A stretch of 43,969 nt of DNA from Octopus sinensis (GCF_006345805.1 NW_021835355.1:1-43969), one strand, 5' to 3'. Positions 10,870-24,081 are shown, counted from the first letter of the stretch. A program made the numbers and translations. The notes: a model not told the origin generated them from the letters alone.

Positions 10870-13800
10870 ATTATTATTATTTGCAACATACGTAGAATCA
10901 TATTAGTTATAATTTTACTCGTGCAGCATTAAAAACAATCCTTTGAACCAGCCTCCTCCAACCTCCTCTGTCGTGAGCGAGTTTCCTCAGCTCGTCCAGA
11001 TCCTCACCACTCCTTAGCCTTTTCTTCACACATTTCAGGTCTCCGTCAAGTGTTTCCGGCAGCGTAACACGTGGACGTCCACGGAAGCTCGATCCCTCTT
11101 TCAGGAAGTAGCCCTCCATTGCTATGTTAGCTGGGGCAAGCATGTCCATTCGTAGAATATGGCCAAATAACCTCCACCGCATATTGACGATTTCCACACT
11201 CAGAGGGCCAGTTCTGCATCTATTGTATAGCGATTCCTGGTTGATTCTTATAGGCCAGTTCAATCCCAGTAGGGATCTAAGTTGCCTGCGGTGAAAAGAA
11301 TCGAGTCCACGTTGTTCAGTACTAGACATTCCCCAGGTCGCCGAATTATATGTCAGGATTGGTTTGACAAAGGCTTCATACATCCTCAGACGAAGTGACG
11401 TACAGAGTCGTCGTTTGCCGATCCACTCTTTCTTTATCTTGTTCATCGTGGCCCAAGCGAGAGCCTTTCTTCTGACAATATCATGGCCGTCCCCAAGTAG
11501 AGAACCGAGTTTGTTCGTTTTGCGCCAGGCTTCACTTGAGCTGCTCTCCATCCTCATGATTTCAACGATGTCGGTTTTTCCAGCGTTCATTTTAAGGAAC
11601 CATCTGTTCAGCTCAGCAGGTGCCACTTCAAGGAGTCGAAGTAAGGCCGATTTGTCGTCTGACACGAAGTCGACGTCATCTGCATATACAATTTCGACGA
11701 TATTGCCAGCATAGAATTTTCGAAGGTCTCGTAGTGCCGTCTCCAGATAGATCACGAATAGCAACGGCGAGAGGGCGTCTCCCTGAGGGGTACCGACGTT
11801 GCACGTGAATTCACGGGAAAACGCCGTGCCGACCCGCACCTTGAGCTTTGTGTTCGATAGTAGTACTCTTATCATATTGACAGAGTCAGGGTCCAGGAAT
11901 TGTTCCAGTATTTTGAGGAGTAGACCACGGCGTACCGTGTCAAAGGCCCTAGACAGGTCTATTCCCAGGACTGTTGTTGCACTTTTGTATCTCTGGGTGA
12001 TAGCGCAGTACCACTTGTGGGCCCAAACAGCATCGGCGGTGGATCTTCCTGTCCTAAATCCACTATGACTCGGGGATAGATAGTTGTCTACTTGTTCTCT
12101 TATTCGGTTCAGTGTAACTAATCCCAAAAGTTTCCGTAAGGTGTTTAGCAAGATTATAGGGCGTAGATTTTCGACAGGCCCAGCCTGCTTGTTAGGCTTT
12201 TGGATCGGTATTAATAATCCGGAATCAAGACCGAGGAATTCCTTTTTCATAAACATACCATTGAGTAGCTCCGCCATTCCTTTTTCATAAACATACCATT
12301 GAGTAGCTCTTTTTGGTTGAGGTGGTGACGTGCCTCTCTTGCACTAATGTCTATTAAGCATTCGAAACAATCTAATGAACTAACAATCCTTACCTTCAAT
12401 GTCAGAGGTCTGAAAACCGTGGCTAAGAGGCACCTTCTATGTACTGATCTCGAAAAATACCAGGGCTCTATATGCTGTCTACAGGAGACTAAAGTAAAAC
12501 ACGGACTTGACGAAATACACGGAAATTATCGCCTAATACTGCTTCCCTCAGAATCTATACATTATGGACAAGGATTCGCAATACACAAGAACCACACCTC
12601 CAGACTATATCGATATTGGAAAGTCAGCGATAGGATCAGCGTCTTACAACTACGTACAATCTCAAGCAGCAAGTCGAGGAGACTCACGTCAATTGTCAAT
12701 GTCTACGCGCCACACAGTGGACGTATTCAAAAAAATCCAGAAGAACTTGATATCTTCTATGAGGAATTAGGAAGGACATTAACAGACCTCGGTTCTTCGT
12801 ACTTTCTGTTTGTTGCCGGGGACTGGAATGCGAAAGTTGGAACCCGTAAAGGAAACGAAAGTTTTATTGGCCATCACGGAAGAGGAATCAGAAACTATCC
12901 AGGAACTGTTCTAGCTGAATTCTGTCGGGTCTTTGACCTATTCCTATGCAACACCGGTTTCCAGCATCCCGCGCGTCACAAAACGACGTGGACTGGCCAA
13001 CGACCCTCACCGACCGCAGGGTCCGTCAACATTTTCAACCAAATTGACTACATCGTCTGTCGAGCCGGGGAAAAATCGCTTCTCCGAGACTCAAGGTCTT
13101 ATGGAGGTGCAGCTACTTACAGTGATCATAAAATTGTCTCTGCCAAGTTTGCTATGAAGACATCAATTGACCTACGACGAAGAGGGCCCAACGCTGATGC
13201 AAGGATAAGGCATAAAATCGAACAACTGTGCTCATCTACGCTGGTCAGAGACAACTACCAACTGTCAATCATGAAATCTCTTGGAAACATAAATGCCGAA
13301 CTTTCTCCAGGAGGTGCCTGGGCGGAGACAATGAAAGGGATCCTCTTGGCAGCCGACGAGGCAATTGGCCTTCGGTCGCAAGTACTATGCAACAAAGGTA
13401 TACACTCTGATCTCCCTGCCCTCATCAAAGAACAAAAGGAGCTAAGACTACAACTGGAAAACACATCTGATCCGAAGAAGAAACAAATCTTACAGAATAG
13501 ACGTTCATCTACCCAGAAAAAAATCAAAATGTTGAACAAGACAAACTTCACTAACAAACTCGACTTAATAGCTGCAGGAATTGAACAGCTAAAGGACTCT
13601 TCAAAAATGTTTACGGCAATCCGCCTACTCAACAGGAAAAAACAAACTAACAAACTCAAAATCCATGACAGCAATGGAAGATTCATCACAAATCCCAAAG
13701 AGCAGGCTGAATATATAGCCTCGTATTTCGAGAGTATATTAACCGCTCACGGAGAAATATCCGATTACACCAGCGGATACACCACTCATCTCAGCCTACC

Positions 13801-13876
13801 TATCACCACCGGTGAAGTATCAACTGCAATAGCCAAACTTAAAAATGGCCGCTCCTCTGGACCGGATGGAATAAAT
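10870..13876. mobile_element. Young RTE-clade LINE with an inverted 5' half
   Basis: RT half on minus (10907-12277, 456 aa; PQGDALSP, YADD) ending in an (AAT)n tail. AP-endonuclease half on plus (12347-13876; FNVRGL, LQETK, GDWNAKVG, QIDY, SDH). Perfect 12-bp TSD TCCCAGGCACTT at 10858-10869 and 13877-13888. Confidence 0.92.
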
Positions 13877-14010
13877 TCCCAGGCACTTCTACTCTTAAAT
13901 TAAAAGATATACCCTATTCGATTATTTTTCATTTTAAGAAACTATACAATTATAATAAATTATTTTATATTAAACGTAGAAGATAAAATTTTAATATTAA
14001 CTGCTGTTGT

Positions 14011-14524
14011 ATGCCTTTTTCATGTGTCACTAAAAGCGTCAAAAATGCAACAAAATTTTTTAAGAGAGAACAACTCAAAAGGCAAACATGGGTAATAAAA
14101 ATGTCTTCAATAATAAATTAGCGATACTATGAGAGAAATAGATACATTCATAAATTACAAATTATGACTTCTAGACAAGCTTTAGTCAATTCTACTCGTC
14201 TTAGAAAGGAAAAGGCCAATAATAGTAAAATGGTAAAATGCATATTTTCATTTATAAGTTGTTTGAAACTCGACTCATTGGAGCCTGTTCGGAATTTGGT
14301 CTATCTCATTCTGATGTTTTGGAAGGACTTTCACAGGTGAAATTATGAACTAATATTTTTAGTCAAATATTTTTTTAGATAGGAAAATACTTTCTACTTT
14401 AGCAATATATGAACCACTATCTTTTAAAAGTTTAGTGGATGTCTCCTGTCATTCTTTTGAAAATCTACAGCATATTCCTACCCATAAATCTACGGACTCA
14501 GAACTAACTAAATTAAAAAATTAA
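14011..14524 (+). CDS. MRPL20: Mitochondrial ribosomal protein L20 (bL20m), 4 exons, 143 aa
   Basis: Exons 14011-14091, 14122-14232, 14259-14336 and 14363-14524 (introns of 30, 26 and 26 nt) splice to an open frame containing LFETRLIGACSEFG...LDRKILSTLAIYEPLSFKSLV, the bL20 signature. Confidence 0.9.
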
Positions 14525-14582
14525 GATTTTAAACATTTATTTTTATTTAAGTGTTAAGTAATAAATCTGTGATAATCTAAAG

Positions 14583-16452
14583 CAGTGGTTCTCAACCTTT
14601 TTTGTCCGCGGACCCCTTGTGAGTAAATGAAAAATTTCGCGGACCCCCTACATATTTCATCTTCATCAAAAACTTCATCAAAAAAGCACTAATAATTAAT
14701 ATGAAACAGTTAACAAACTTAATTTTATCCACAAAATCAATTATTGTTTCATGTCTTCCCTGAAGCGATTTGTTGAGTGAATTTATACGAGAGAAGACAT
14801 CTCTCAAGTAAGCAAGTTTAGATAGCCATGAACTATCCATTAATTTTGAAATAAATTCCGATGATTTGGAATTGTTTTTGCGAATAAAATATTCAGATAA
14901 TTCATTCCTCAAAGAAAAAACTCTGGCAAGAATGTTTCCCCGAGATAGCCATCTCACCTCAGTGTGGAATAACAAAGCCTTTTCATCCTTTTCAAATTCT
15001 TTGCAAATAAGTCTGAAAATGCGCGAATTTAAAGCACTCTTTTTAATATAATTTATGATATGTACGACATCATCGAGAACATATCTTAAATCTGAAGGTA
15101 ATGTTTTTGCAGCAAGTGCATATCGATGTAGCATACAATGCATATGTTTCGTTTCCTGGTTAGCAAGTCTAACTTGGCCTCTAAAGCCAGAATGAAAGCC
15201 AAGCATTGCTGAAGCTCCATCGGTTGTGCAACAACATACATTATTCCAAGATAACCCAACACTGTCAAAAAACATAGAAATTGCTTGAAAAATATCTTCT
15301 CCTTTAGTGGTCGATTCAAGCGAATAGGAAAATAAAAATTCCTCTTTAAAATCTCCGTCATAGACAAACGAGCAAATATTATTAATTGAGCACAGTTCGC
15401 TACATCGGTGGATTCATCAACTTGTATAGCGAAATTTTGATGGCATGAAGTTTTTATTTGTTCTACCACCTGAAATAAATAATATAATAATAACCTGACA
15501 CTTAATATTTTCTGACATTTCAGAAATTCGTCGATGAACAGTATCATTCGATAATGGTATTTCCGAAATCATATTTTCAGCATGAGTGCCAATAAGAGTA
15601 CGTACTATGTCTTTACAACAAAGAAGAATCAGTTTTTCGGCAATATTATGAGGTTTCTTTTCTTTCGCTATACGTAATGAGATCATGTAAGATGCTAATA
15701 GCATGGAATTATCAGAAGGCAAAGTTTGTATGAAACGAGTCAATACTTGATTTTTCATCATTTTACGCAAAGAAATAAAATAATGAAGAAGAAGAATATG
15801 GTTTATTTAATACAATAGCTCCAAAAGAAAAGTGGCCGAGGAATTAGAGCTTAGAGGGCTTGATAACGAGAGCCACGAAGGTCTCAACTTCGATTTTGCC
15901 CCGGGAGACTGTCTTATCTCCCTTAGCGAATTCGAGTTTTTGTCAGGATTAGATGGGGATGACATGTGCGCAAGTGTCTCACAAGAGTTGTTGGTTTCAT
16001 GCTATTGTGTGACAGAATTTTCATGCACACAACACATTTTGGGCTTTCAAATCCATCTTTATCAATACAAATAAACCCATATTTTATATAATCAGGATTA
16101 TATTTGCGTATCTTAATAACATGCGAGGAATTCATATCAATAGCGTGCTTAAAAATTTTATTAACTTTTACTAAAAAATAAATATATATATACGATTTTT
16201 ATAAATAATTGAGTTACATTCAGCTTTAAAGTAATTTAGCCTTCTCAGTATTATTGAATATTAAAATATATTAATTTATAATATATCTAAAAGAGATATT
16301 ATTAATTATGATTTAATTCTATTATATATTAATTTAAAATTGTTATCATTAAATAGAAACATTTAAATAAAGTTTCAGAAAAATCTCGCGGACCCCCTGG
16401 AATCTTTCGCGGACCCCTAAGGGGTCCGCGGACCCCAGGTTGAGAACCACTG
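14583..16452 (-). mobile_element. hAT Buster-type element, internally deleted, transposase with a 25-nt intron
   Basis: cagtggttctcaacc TIRs, perfect TSD ATCTAAAG and cgcggacccc subterminal repeats. Transposase segments: BED finger, AKEKKPHNIAE, QVDESTD, TDGASAM, HCMLHR, VRWLSRG. Confidence 0.93.
15785..15928 (-). mobile_element. 144-bp GC-rich insertion with a (TTC)n tail inside the hAT transposase (probable truncated retroposon)
   Basis: Interrupts transposase codons ..DKNSN/YFISLRK.. and is flanked by AAT. Removing it restores the frame. Confidence 0.5.
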
Positions 16453-16486
16453 ATCTAAAGCCTTGTTTCTTTCATTGACATGAAAT

Positions 16487-18328
16487 TTATTTTCGATTTT
16501 TTAACTTTATTATAAAATGTTTCACCAAAAAAGAAAATCCCAATAGAAACAATTGAACAAATAAGTGGAAGGGAACTTAAAAACATATATGGGATTTTAG
16601 AAAATCTAGGCAATTTAAAAAACATTTTTTACATTCTAAGCTCTTTTTTAATAGCCTGATCAATTATTATCCAAATTGCTAATCCACTACCCATAATGAG
16701 ACCAAATATGGCGTTCTAAGTTAAACTTATGAAAATTAACATTCGGCGATATTCTTTTAAAATGAATTGCTGTCAAAAAACAGACAAGAATTGGTGTCCC
16801 AAAGCAGGATAGAATTGTAATCGCGACCTATATAGTTTAGATATGTTAAATACTTCAATTTCTGCTGCATCGTCCAACATTGGGGTAAAGGATAGTCCTG
16901 TGATTATGAGGCCAAATACGAGACCTTTAAAGTCACAAAAATGAAGGAAACAAATCATTCGTGAAACAAAAAAGGATTTTCTTTCATACTCAGCGTCGGT
17001 TATTGACTTTTTTAGTCGATCAACAAAAGGTTTATATGCAACTGAAGAGACTGCATTTATACCAGAAGATAATGAGCTAATATGATATAAATCTCCAAAC
17101 CTGATGGCAGCGGAGAATAAAGTTGCCATAAATAAGCCGGAAATACCTTTATATTGAGTAAGGACATCGGTTACGACATAAAATAAAATCTAACATATGA
17201 CCGCAATGTATACATATCGTTCTTCATATCCAAGTTTAATTAGCTTTTCTTTTGGAAAGACAATTTTGGCAGCAATCCCAGCACAAGCACATAACGTAAA
17301 GAAAATCCAATTCCCGATATGATGACAGTAAAGTGCTCTTTCAAATTAATATAAAATAAACGTTTGAGCCCTTCGTGTTGTACCAAGTGCAAGATATCTT
17401 GAAATCATTGCTTGGTTAGTTCCATATATGCTTGATGTTAACATAATAGAGCCTATTAAGTAGCTCAATAATCTTCAATTAACAAGATTTTTATAAAACC
17501 TTTTCGGATGAATGGTTTCAGTTGCCGCTGTTTTTTTAAATTCTTGTATAATGTCTGCTCCTGGTTGCCTTGAAGTAAGAATTAAAATGGATATTAGGCC
17601 AATTGCAATGAAAATCATTTGTAACATGTCTGTCCAAACAACACCGCTAATGCCACCCTTTAAGTTATAAACAATATGTACGATTGTTGTATAAATCGTC
17701 ACAATAACTGAAATTATTAGTATCGACGCCCAAACCGGCCATCCAGTAACTATTAATATTAGTTGCCTTTAATAGATAACTGATGTGTAATAGTTTTGCA
17801 GGCAAATATAAAACAACAGACAGGGATGCAGTCTAAAATGAAAAAATATCAAAAAAATCGTTTACAGTTTGTATTATATAAATTAGGGAACATAGCTTTT
17901 CCATTTTATCTGATTTATATCTATTAGTTAAAATCTGAAATTATTTCATTATATAAGTCATACTTGATATCCGTTGATAAGATTATTTTCCATTAAATGT
18001 GGGATAATCAAATGTGCAGTTATAAGAGTCCCCGGTAAATATCCAACTGCTAACCAAAAGTACGAAAGCCCCCCGGAATATATTTCATATGTAACTCCGG
18101 TTATGAATATTGCTGATTGAAAGTTGGCAACCAATGATAAGCTGCATGCTATAACATTCATATTTCTACTTCCAACTAAATATTCCTCAAGTTTATTCTA
18201 TTTTAACCAATTAGTTAAACTTAAATTACTTTCACATTTCTCTTAGAGTACCAAATGACAATAGAGAAGACTATTGATAATAACGGAATCAAGGTAAATA
18301 TAACTATATCTACAGTCCCAAAAACCAT
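16487..18328 (-). CDS. SLC5-family sodium:solute symporter (SMCT/SLC5A8-like), about 12-13 introns of 24-33 nt
   Basis: Spliced product contains EYLVGSRNM, SLVANFQSA, YTTI/GGISGVVWTD, IYGTNQAMISRYL, GISGLFMATLFSAAISSLSSGINAVS. The last exon is uncertain. Confidence 0.9.
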
Positions 18329-18736
18329 TTAAATTGTGCTGTTTTACACGCTTTTATATTGCATATTAATTTTTATCTTAATATGTGGTTAACGAGATTT
18401 TTCTAAAAACTGTAACTTTTTTTACAGAGAACGTTATTCGATGTTATTTAAATATGCATATCTTAACGTTATTAATTACAAAAATGTATTTCTGTTTTAA
18501 ACTAGTTACACTTTAACTCTGATGACGTTACTTAAATTCAAAAAATCATTCAAAAGAATAAATTTATTGTGGTTATATAAAATTAATATTAGACGGATGG
18601 TTATGACAAAGCATGACTAATATTTCGTGGTATTTAAATTGTATTAAATCATTTAAAATTTTACAAATGCATAAAACAAAATTTTAAAACGCATGATAAA
18701 CTTTAATATAATTTAAAAATAAAAATTAAACTATCT

Positions 18737-18943
18737 TGGACACCAAGGACAACAAGCTATGTCACCCTTGAGGATGACCTCAAAATCACTGGGAAGCGCC
18801 TTAAGATGGAAAGGATCTCTACACTTTATGCCACGCGGCTTGGAATAGAATTAAATAAAGAAAGCTGCTCAGGGATCTGACTTATTGTGCCGCACATGCT
18901 TTGTCATGACTGATAACATCGCCTAGTACCGATAATAATAATC
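18737..18943 (+). mobile_element. 5'-truncated 3' end of the RTE family seen at 10907
   Basis: TPRTTSYVTLEDDLKITGKRL resembles GRPRVTLPETLDGDLKCVKKRL. Ends in an (AAT)n tail. Confidence 0.55.
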
Positions 18944-19217
18944 CCTGCTTCTCAGAAGGATCAATAATGTTTAGGTCTATATTCCGCTTTATATTATTTG
19001 TTACCACTTTGGAGTTGCTTCATTGGTTGTTTTCAATTATAGACTCTTGCAGTCTTTTCATTTATTTCTAATTCTCGTTTAATGTGATAGGAGAGTGAAA
19101 ATATTTTTTAAATAGCAGCCGACATACAGTCGGTCGTGCTTCAGGAGATTTCTATTTTAGAGTCTGATATATAATTAAAGACAATTATCCATTTTGGATT
19201 CTCTTAATTGCTCTAAA

Positions 19218-19320
19218 CTGGGGCGGCCAATTAGAAATGCCTCGCTAACAAATTTTATAATACTAAAGGAAATTGGCCCGAAAACAAATTTACTGCCCCG
19301 TGGGACATTAGTGAATTATT
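19218..19320 (+). mobile_element. Degenerate 5' end of the SPIN-like hAT family
   Basis: acaaattttataatactaaagg(a/c)aattggcccg is shared with the reverse complement of 10440-10475. Confidence 0.6.
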
Positions 19321-19599
19321 TTTGTATTTATTGTGACTCAAAAGATTTTCAAGCTCGTAAATTTAATGCAGATTTGACTTAGGACTATCTTATATAGAGA
19401 ATAATGAAAAACATTTTTTAAAATAATTTTAGCTTTAAAAATAATATCGTATGTACTAGTTCCTAAATTTCAAAAATAATTGCAAAACAAATGAAGCAAA
19501 CAATGAAGCAAATATATCAAAGAATACTTAACTGTAGTTGCAGAAAATTTATTTACCACCAAACAAACACTTTTGAGTCTAGCGCTACACGCCATTTCT

Positions 19600-20600
19600 A
19601 ACGAATATCCTATCAATCAAAAAAATCATAATTTGTGAAGACCTAAATTCAAAGGATTCAATTTGGCTTACCGGTCAAACCGCAGATCAAAGAGGTATAC
19701 AACTATGGCCCAAAAGGAAGATCTCTTGATTTTGAACAACTCCCGCCTTTATATGAGATGCGGATTAAAACCAAATGATTAAAACACATCACCTGACTTT
19801 ACACTATGTTCACCTACGATTTTATCTCGTACAATATCACGTCATAAATAGTAATCTACGGCCTTCCATCTGACTAGTAATAGGTTCTAATCAATATCGA
19901 CCTCCTCTCTCCAAGGGACAACAACTGTAAATCAATTATTAACTACAAACGAGCATGATGGGCTGCCTATCAAATGGAAACAGAAAGTGCACTACAAAAC
20001 CTTTAAGTAAAACGCACCTCCCCTTATCAATTAATTCGAATCATTGCTAAGCAGGAAAATCCGTTTACACCTATCAAGAGTTCGCATAGGGCATCAAGAT
20101 GACTTTTTCTCATGCTCTAAGCCACCTCAAGAAATATCGAGGAATCCCGTGCTACAATACCATTAAGAAAAATACTGTAACAGCGACAGACGGTGAAGGT
20201 AACCTAGAAAGTGTGCATAATATTGCTGAATCAACAGAGCCAGACCGTAAAGACATTCCCGAAACATTTAATAAAACTTTATTATTTTACAAAAGGTGAG
20301 TACAAATTTGATTTTCTTTCGGTAGACCTGACTTCTGTTTATTATAAAAGAATGAATAAAAAGATCCTAATAATCAAAAAACAACAAAAAATATCGCTAG
20401 AAATGGTTTCTTGACAAGAGGACCGAGAACGATCCCTCCAAATAAAAAAATCAGTAGAGCAGTTTCTTAGTAGGAAGAGTCCATTGTGGCTATCAACACA
20501 GGCTAACTTTTATAAAAGAGGTAGAATTCGGGCACCATTGCTTTTGTCAAGCTCACGTTTCACCTAGATGAGCTATCGGAGTGACTCAGATTTATCCAAC
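19600..20600 (+). mobile_element. Heavily decayed I/Jockey-like LINE (endonuclease and RT traces)
   Basis: IIICEDLNSKDSIW..DQRGIQL, TSPDFTLCS, FLSVDLTSVY and a GRIRAPLL trace, in broken frames. Confidence 0.55.
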
Positions 20601-20704
20601 ACAATATATTAATTTTTGACCTTATAAAATTATATTATTTTTTATCTTAATAATTTAAATATTTAATATATTTAAAACTGATATAGAGTCGGTGTGGAAT
20701 TTTT

Positions 20705-23700
20705 ATGATGGAATCTCGCGAGGCTCGTAAACTCAATGAAATTATTTGTATTTATTTTCGATCTTTATTATTTTAGATGATTTTATAAATAACAAATTTA
20801 AAAGGGTTATCAATGAAACTCAAAAATTCATATCTGAATTTCGCTACAATTTAAAGGCTAAAGTAAGAATTACTGATTTTAAAATATTTTAGGCTATAAG
20901 AGGGTTTACATTTTATAAAATAGGAAAAAGAGCTGAAGGGATGAAATTAATAACTTTTGTTCACCAACATTTCTCTAATGAAGAACAACTTTATCGAATT
21001 ATGATTGACAATTATAAATATATTCAACGATGTAAATATCAAAAATAAAATTTTTAGATGATTTAATTTTTGAATATACGAACAAAATTTTAGATAATGG
21101 AGTTGATTCCGAGAGTCAGTATTTAGCTATATTATTCTCTTATGTTTCTCACTATCTTTGGTCTGGTATTTTGCCAGACTGTGGAGCTCTGCTGAGTCAA
21201 ATGTATAAAAAGTGGCCAAATAATTTATACAACTCTTGGAAGCTTGTATTTATTTATTTTCAAGTAATCTGATTATTTATATTAACAGGCCATTGATTGT
21301 ATCGATTTGTCGAAAAGCGCAAAACTTTTTACACTTTGTGTTAAAATGGCTGAAAGAGATAAAAACATTTCCTTTGCCTCTGAAATAATTTGGAATATTT
21401 TTAAATTTCAAAAAAATTATTTAGAAATGGCGAACCATATCGGTTTATATTTTTAGTCTTTAATTTTAAAGAAACGAGAAAAATTGACCAGAGGCTAACT
21501 CGCTGTAAAATTTACCGGGAACTCAAAAAGTGGGAAGAACTACAAAATCTATGCGAATTTGCTTTGATCCAAAGGTTGTTAAATAAATTTACACAGTGTG
21601 GACGATATGGATATTATTCGTTATTATTTTGAGAGTCTATCATCTCTATGGACCGACAATAAGTATTTTGTTTGTTATAAAAGTAGCGGGAACGTGGATG
21701 TATCGAACTTAGATTTAGAATCGTCCAAACTTCAAAATAGACTGTTTGATCTACACGGAAAATCAAAAACCGGCAATTTTTTTGGTTCTTAATTAATAGG
21801 ATTACTGTTATGGAAGTTGGAATTATTTCGGGCATGTCCTACAATTTTTTGTAAAGATATTTGCTACTCTATAATGGTTGAGTATTTCCGTGTATTGGGT
21901 CATCAAAGACCTTCATGTTGGGCTGATTTGAATTATTATGTGTCGCATTTTGAATTAGATTGTCTCGATTCTGTTTTAACTTGTTTATATTATTCATAGG
22001 TCTATGAAATATTTGATACTAGTGATAAATATGCTCTGTTTCTATGTGATGATTGTTTTGTATAAAATTAAAATGCTGATGTTTTTAGTCACATAATGCA
22101 GTGAAATTTCAATATGTGACTGGAAGATATTACAATGAGGATTCACTAGAATTTGCTCTCAATATTATTAAACTCTCATTGAAGAAAGGTGGATTTGTTT
22201 GATAATTATTTAAGAAATATATTTGGAAATTGGATTGGCTTTGATGCTTGACATTGTTGAATCCACTGGTTTTTATCGGTTTTAGAGTTTAGATGTGATG
22301 AATCAATATCATATTAATATATTGTTGGCATTAAGAATTCTATGTATTTATGGCACAAGAAATTTTCCATTAAACTATAAATTTTGGTTTTTTGTTCTTC
22401 GTGTTTATAACATGATTGGTTTGACATGTATATTATTTTATAAATAGGATTCCCATTTTATCATGAATTTATTTATAAAAAACTTGAAATAAAAAATCTT
22501 CAACTTGAAAGTATCGGGTAATCTATTTTATCCAATAAATTATATTTAATAGATTTCATTTTATAAATTTGATTTTACGTGAGGGTTGTTCTTCATTTTT
22601 GTTCTCAAAATTTAATACATTTTACGCCAGCACATTAAACCAGGTTAGTATAATAATTTATCTTTCAATAGACTGCTGAAATTTTTATTTTATCTTTGAA
22701 AAATCTTCATTTTAATAACGTTCATATTATCCAAATTTATTTGTAGCTTCCAGAGGCAGTCGAACTTTGTAAATCTGTATCCAAATCACAACAGGGAGCT
22801 TTGATATTCACAGAATCCTATTTTTGCAATATTTTTGATTCGCTAACAACGTAAGAATTATTTCAACTAATTTTAGATTTTTTAACTTTAAGTCAATACT
22901 TCCTGATTTGTATTATTTTGGAACATCTTTGAAATATTCTTATAGTGATTTATTCACAAATAATCGCGACTATTTTTCATTCGAATTGATTTCTAATAGA
23001 TCTCGGTATTGATCTGGATTTATATTTTAGTAAATTTATAGAGAAAGTATCCATATTGTCAATTAATGAGCAAGTTGATTGTATTTGTATATTGTAGGAA
23101 ATTTATCTTCGATTCCGCATTCTGCTGAGTTGTCTAATGAGGGAATTAATCACTTTTTCTATTCCCGAGTTTTGCTTGGTCTCTCGTGACAAATATTTGG
23201 ATAAATGTTGTGAATTTTCATATCTGATTTATCAATATTTTGTTGATTGCCCTCCACAAGAACAATTCGAAAAATTGAATGTATTTAATTAATTAAGTAG
23301 ATCTTAACAAATGTAGAGTTCTTATTTTGTTGAAAGTCCATATCGACATTACCATTATTATAAATTCGGAGAAATAATTCATTCTCTTGTAGCAATACTT
23401 TTTTCAGTTTATTCAAACGAATTCAAATCAGGTTTATATTTTTATATTATATTTATAGATTCTTTTATTTCTGCATGTGATGATTTAAAACTCCTGATAG
23501 GTTATTGGTATAACATTCTAATTTATATTAGGAAAAATAAACGAAGAAAATGCAACACTTGTAGATGTGTTCCCATTATCAAAGTCTCGGCTTAATGTTC
23601 AAATTCAAGTAGTGATTAATAGTATATATTATTTAAGATATTCAAAGTTATATCAATGTTTCTTGCAGTTATTGTCAGAATTGAGGAGATTAAGCACAAT

Positions 23701-24081
23701 TCCGAAAGAAAAATAAAAGTAATTCATTGTTATTATTATCAGTTTCCTTTATGTTTAAATTCAGTTTTTGAACAAGTGAAATCAGTTTGTACATTTCTTT
23801 ACAATCAATGTACTTCGAATTCGACCACTGACGGATATTTGAGTAACTCGTACAGTATATTATCTCACTTTGACATCATTGAATATATGAATGTATTTTT
23901 ATGCTAATTTATTTAGTTTACTGACTGTGATGATGTAAAAAATGCTGCCTGTTTTAGAAATTTACAGAAAAATATTGTAGAAGAAGAAAAGGAGTTTGTA
24001 AATAATTTATTCGACAATAAACGGGCTGATTTATATCGGCTAATTAAATTTGTGGAATCATTATCTGTATCAATTTTGTGA
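20705..24081 (+). CDS. NAA25: NatB auxiliary subunit NAA25/MDM20, more than 20 mini-introns
   Basis: Spliced N-terminus RKLNEIIYDFINNKFKRVINETQKF..AKAIRGFTFYKIGKRAEG, then RELKKWEELQNLC...DDMDIIRYYFESL, EYFRVLGHQRPSCWADL and YKKLEIKNLQLESIG, all colinear with NAA25. Some central exon boundaries were not fully traced. Confidence 0.88.
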
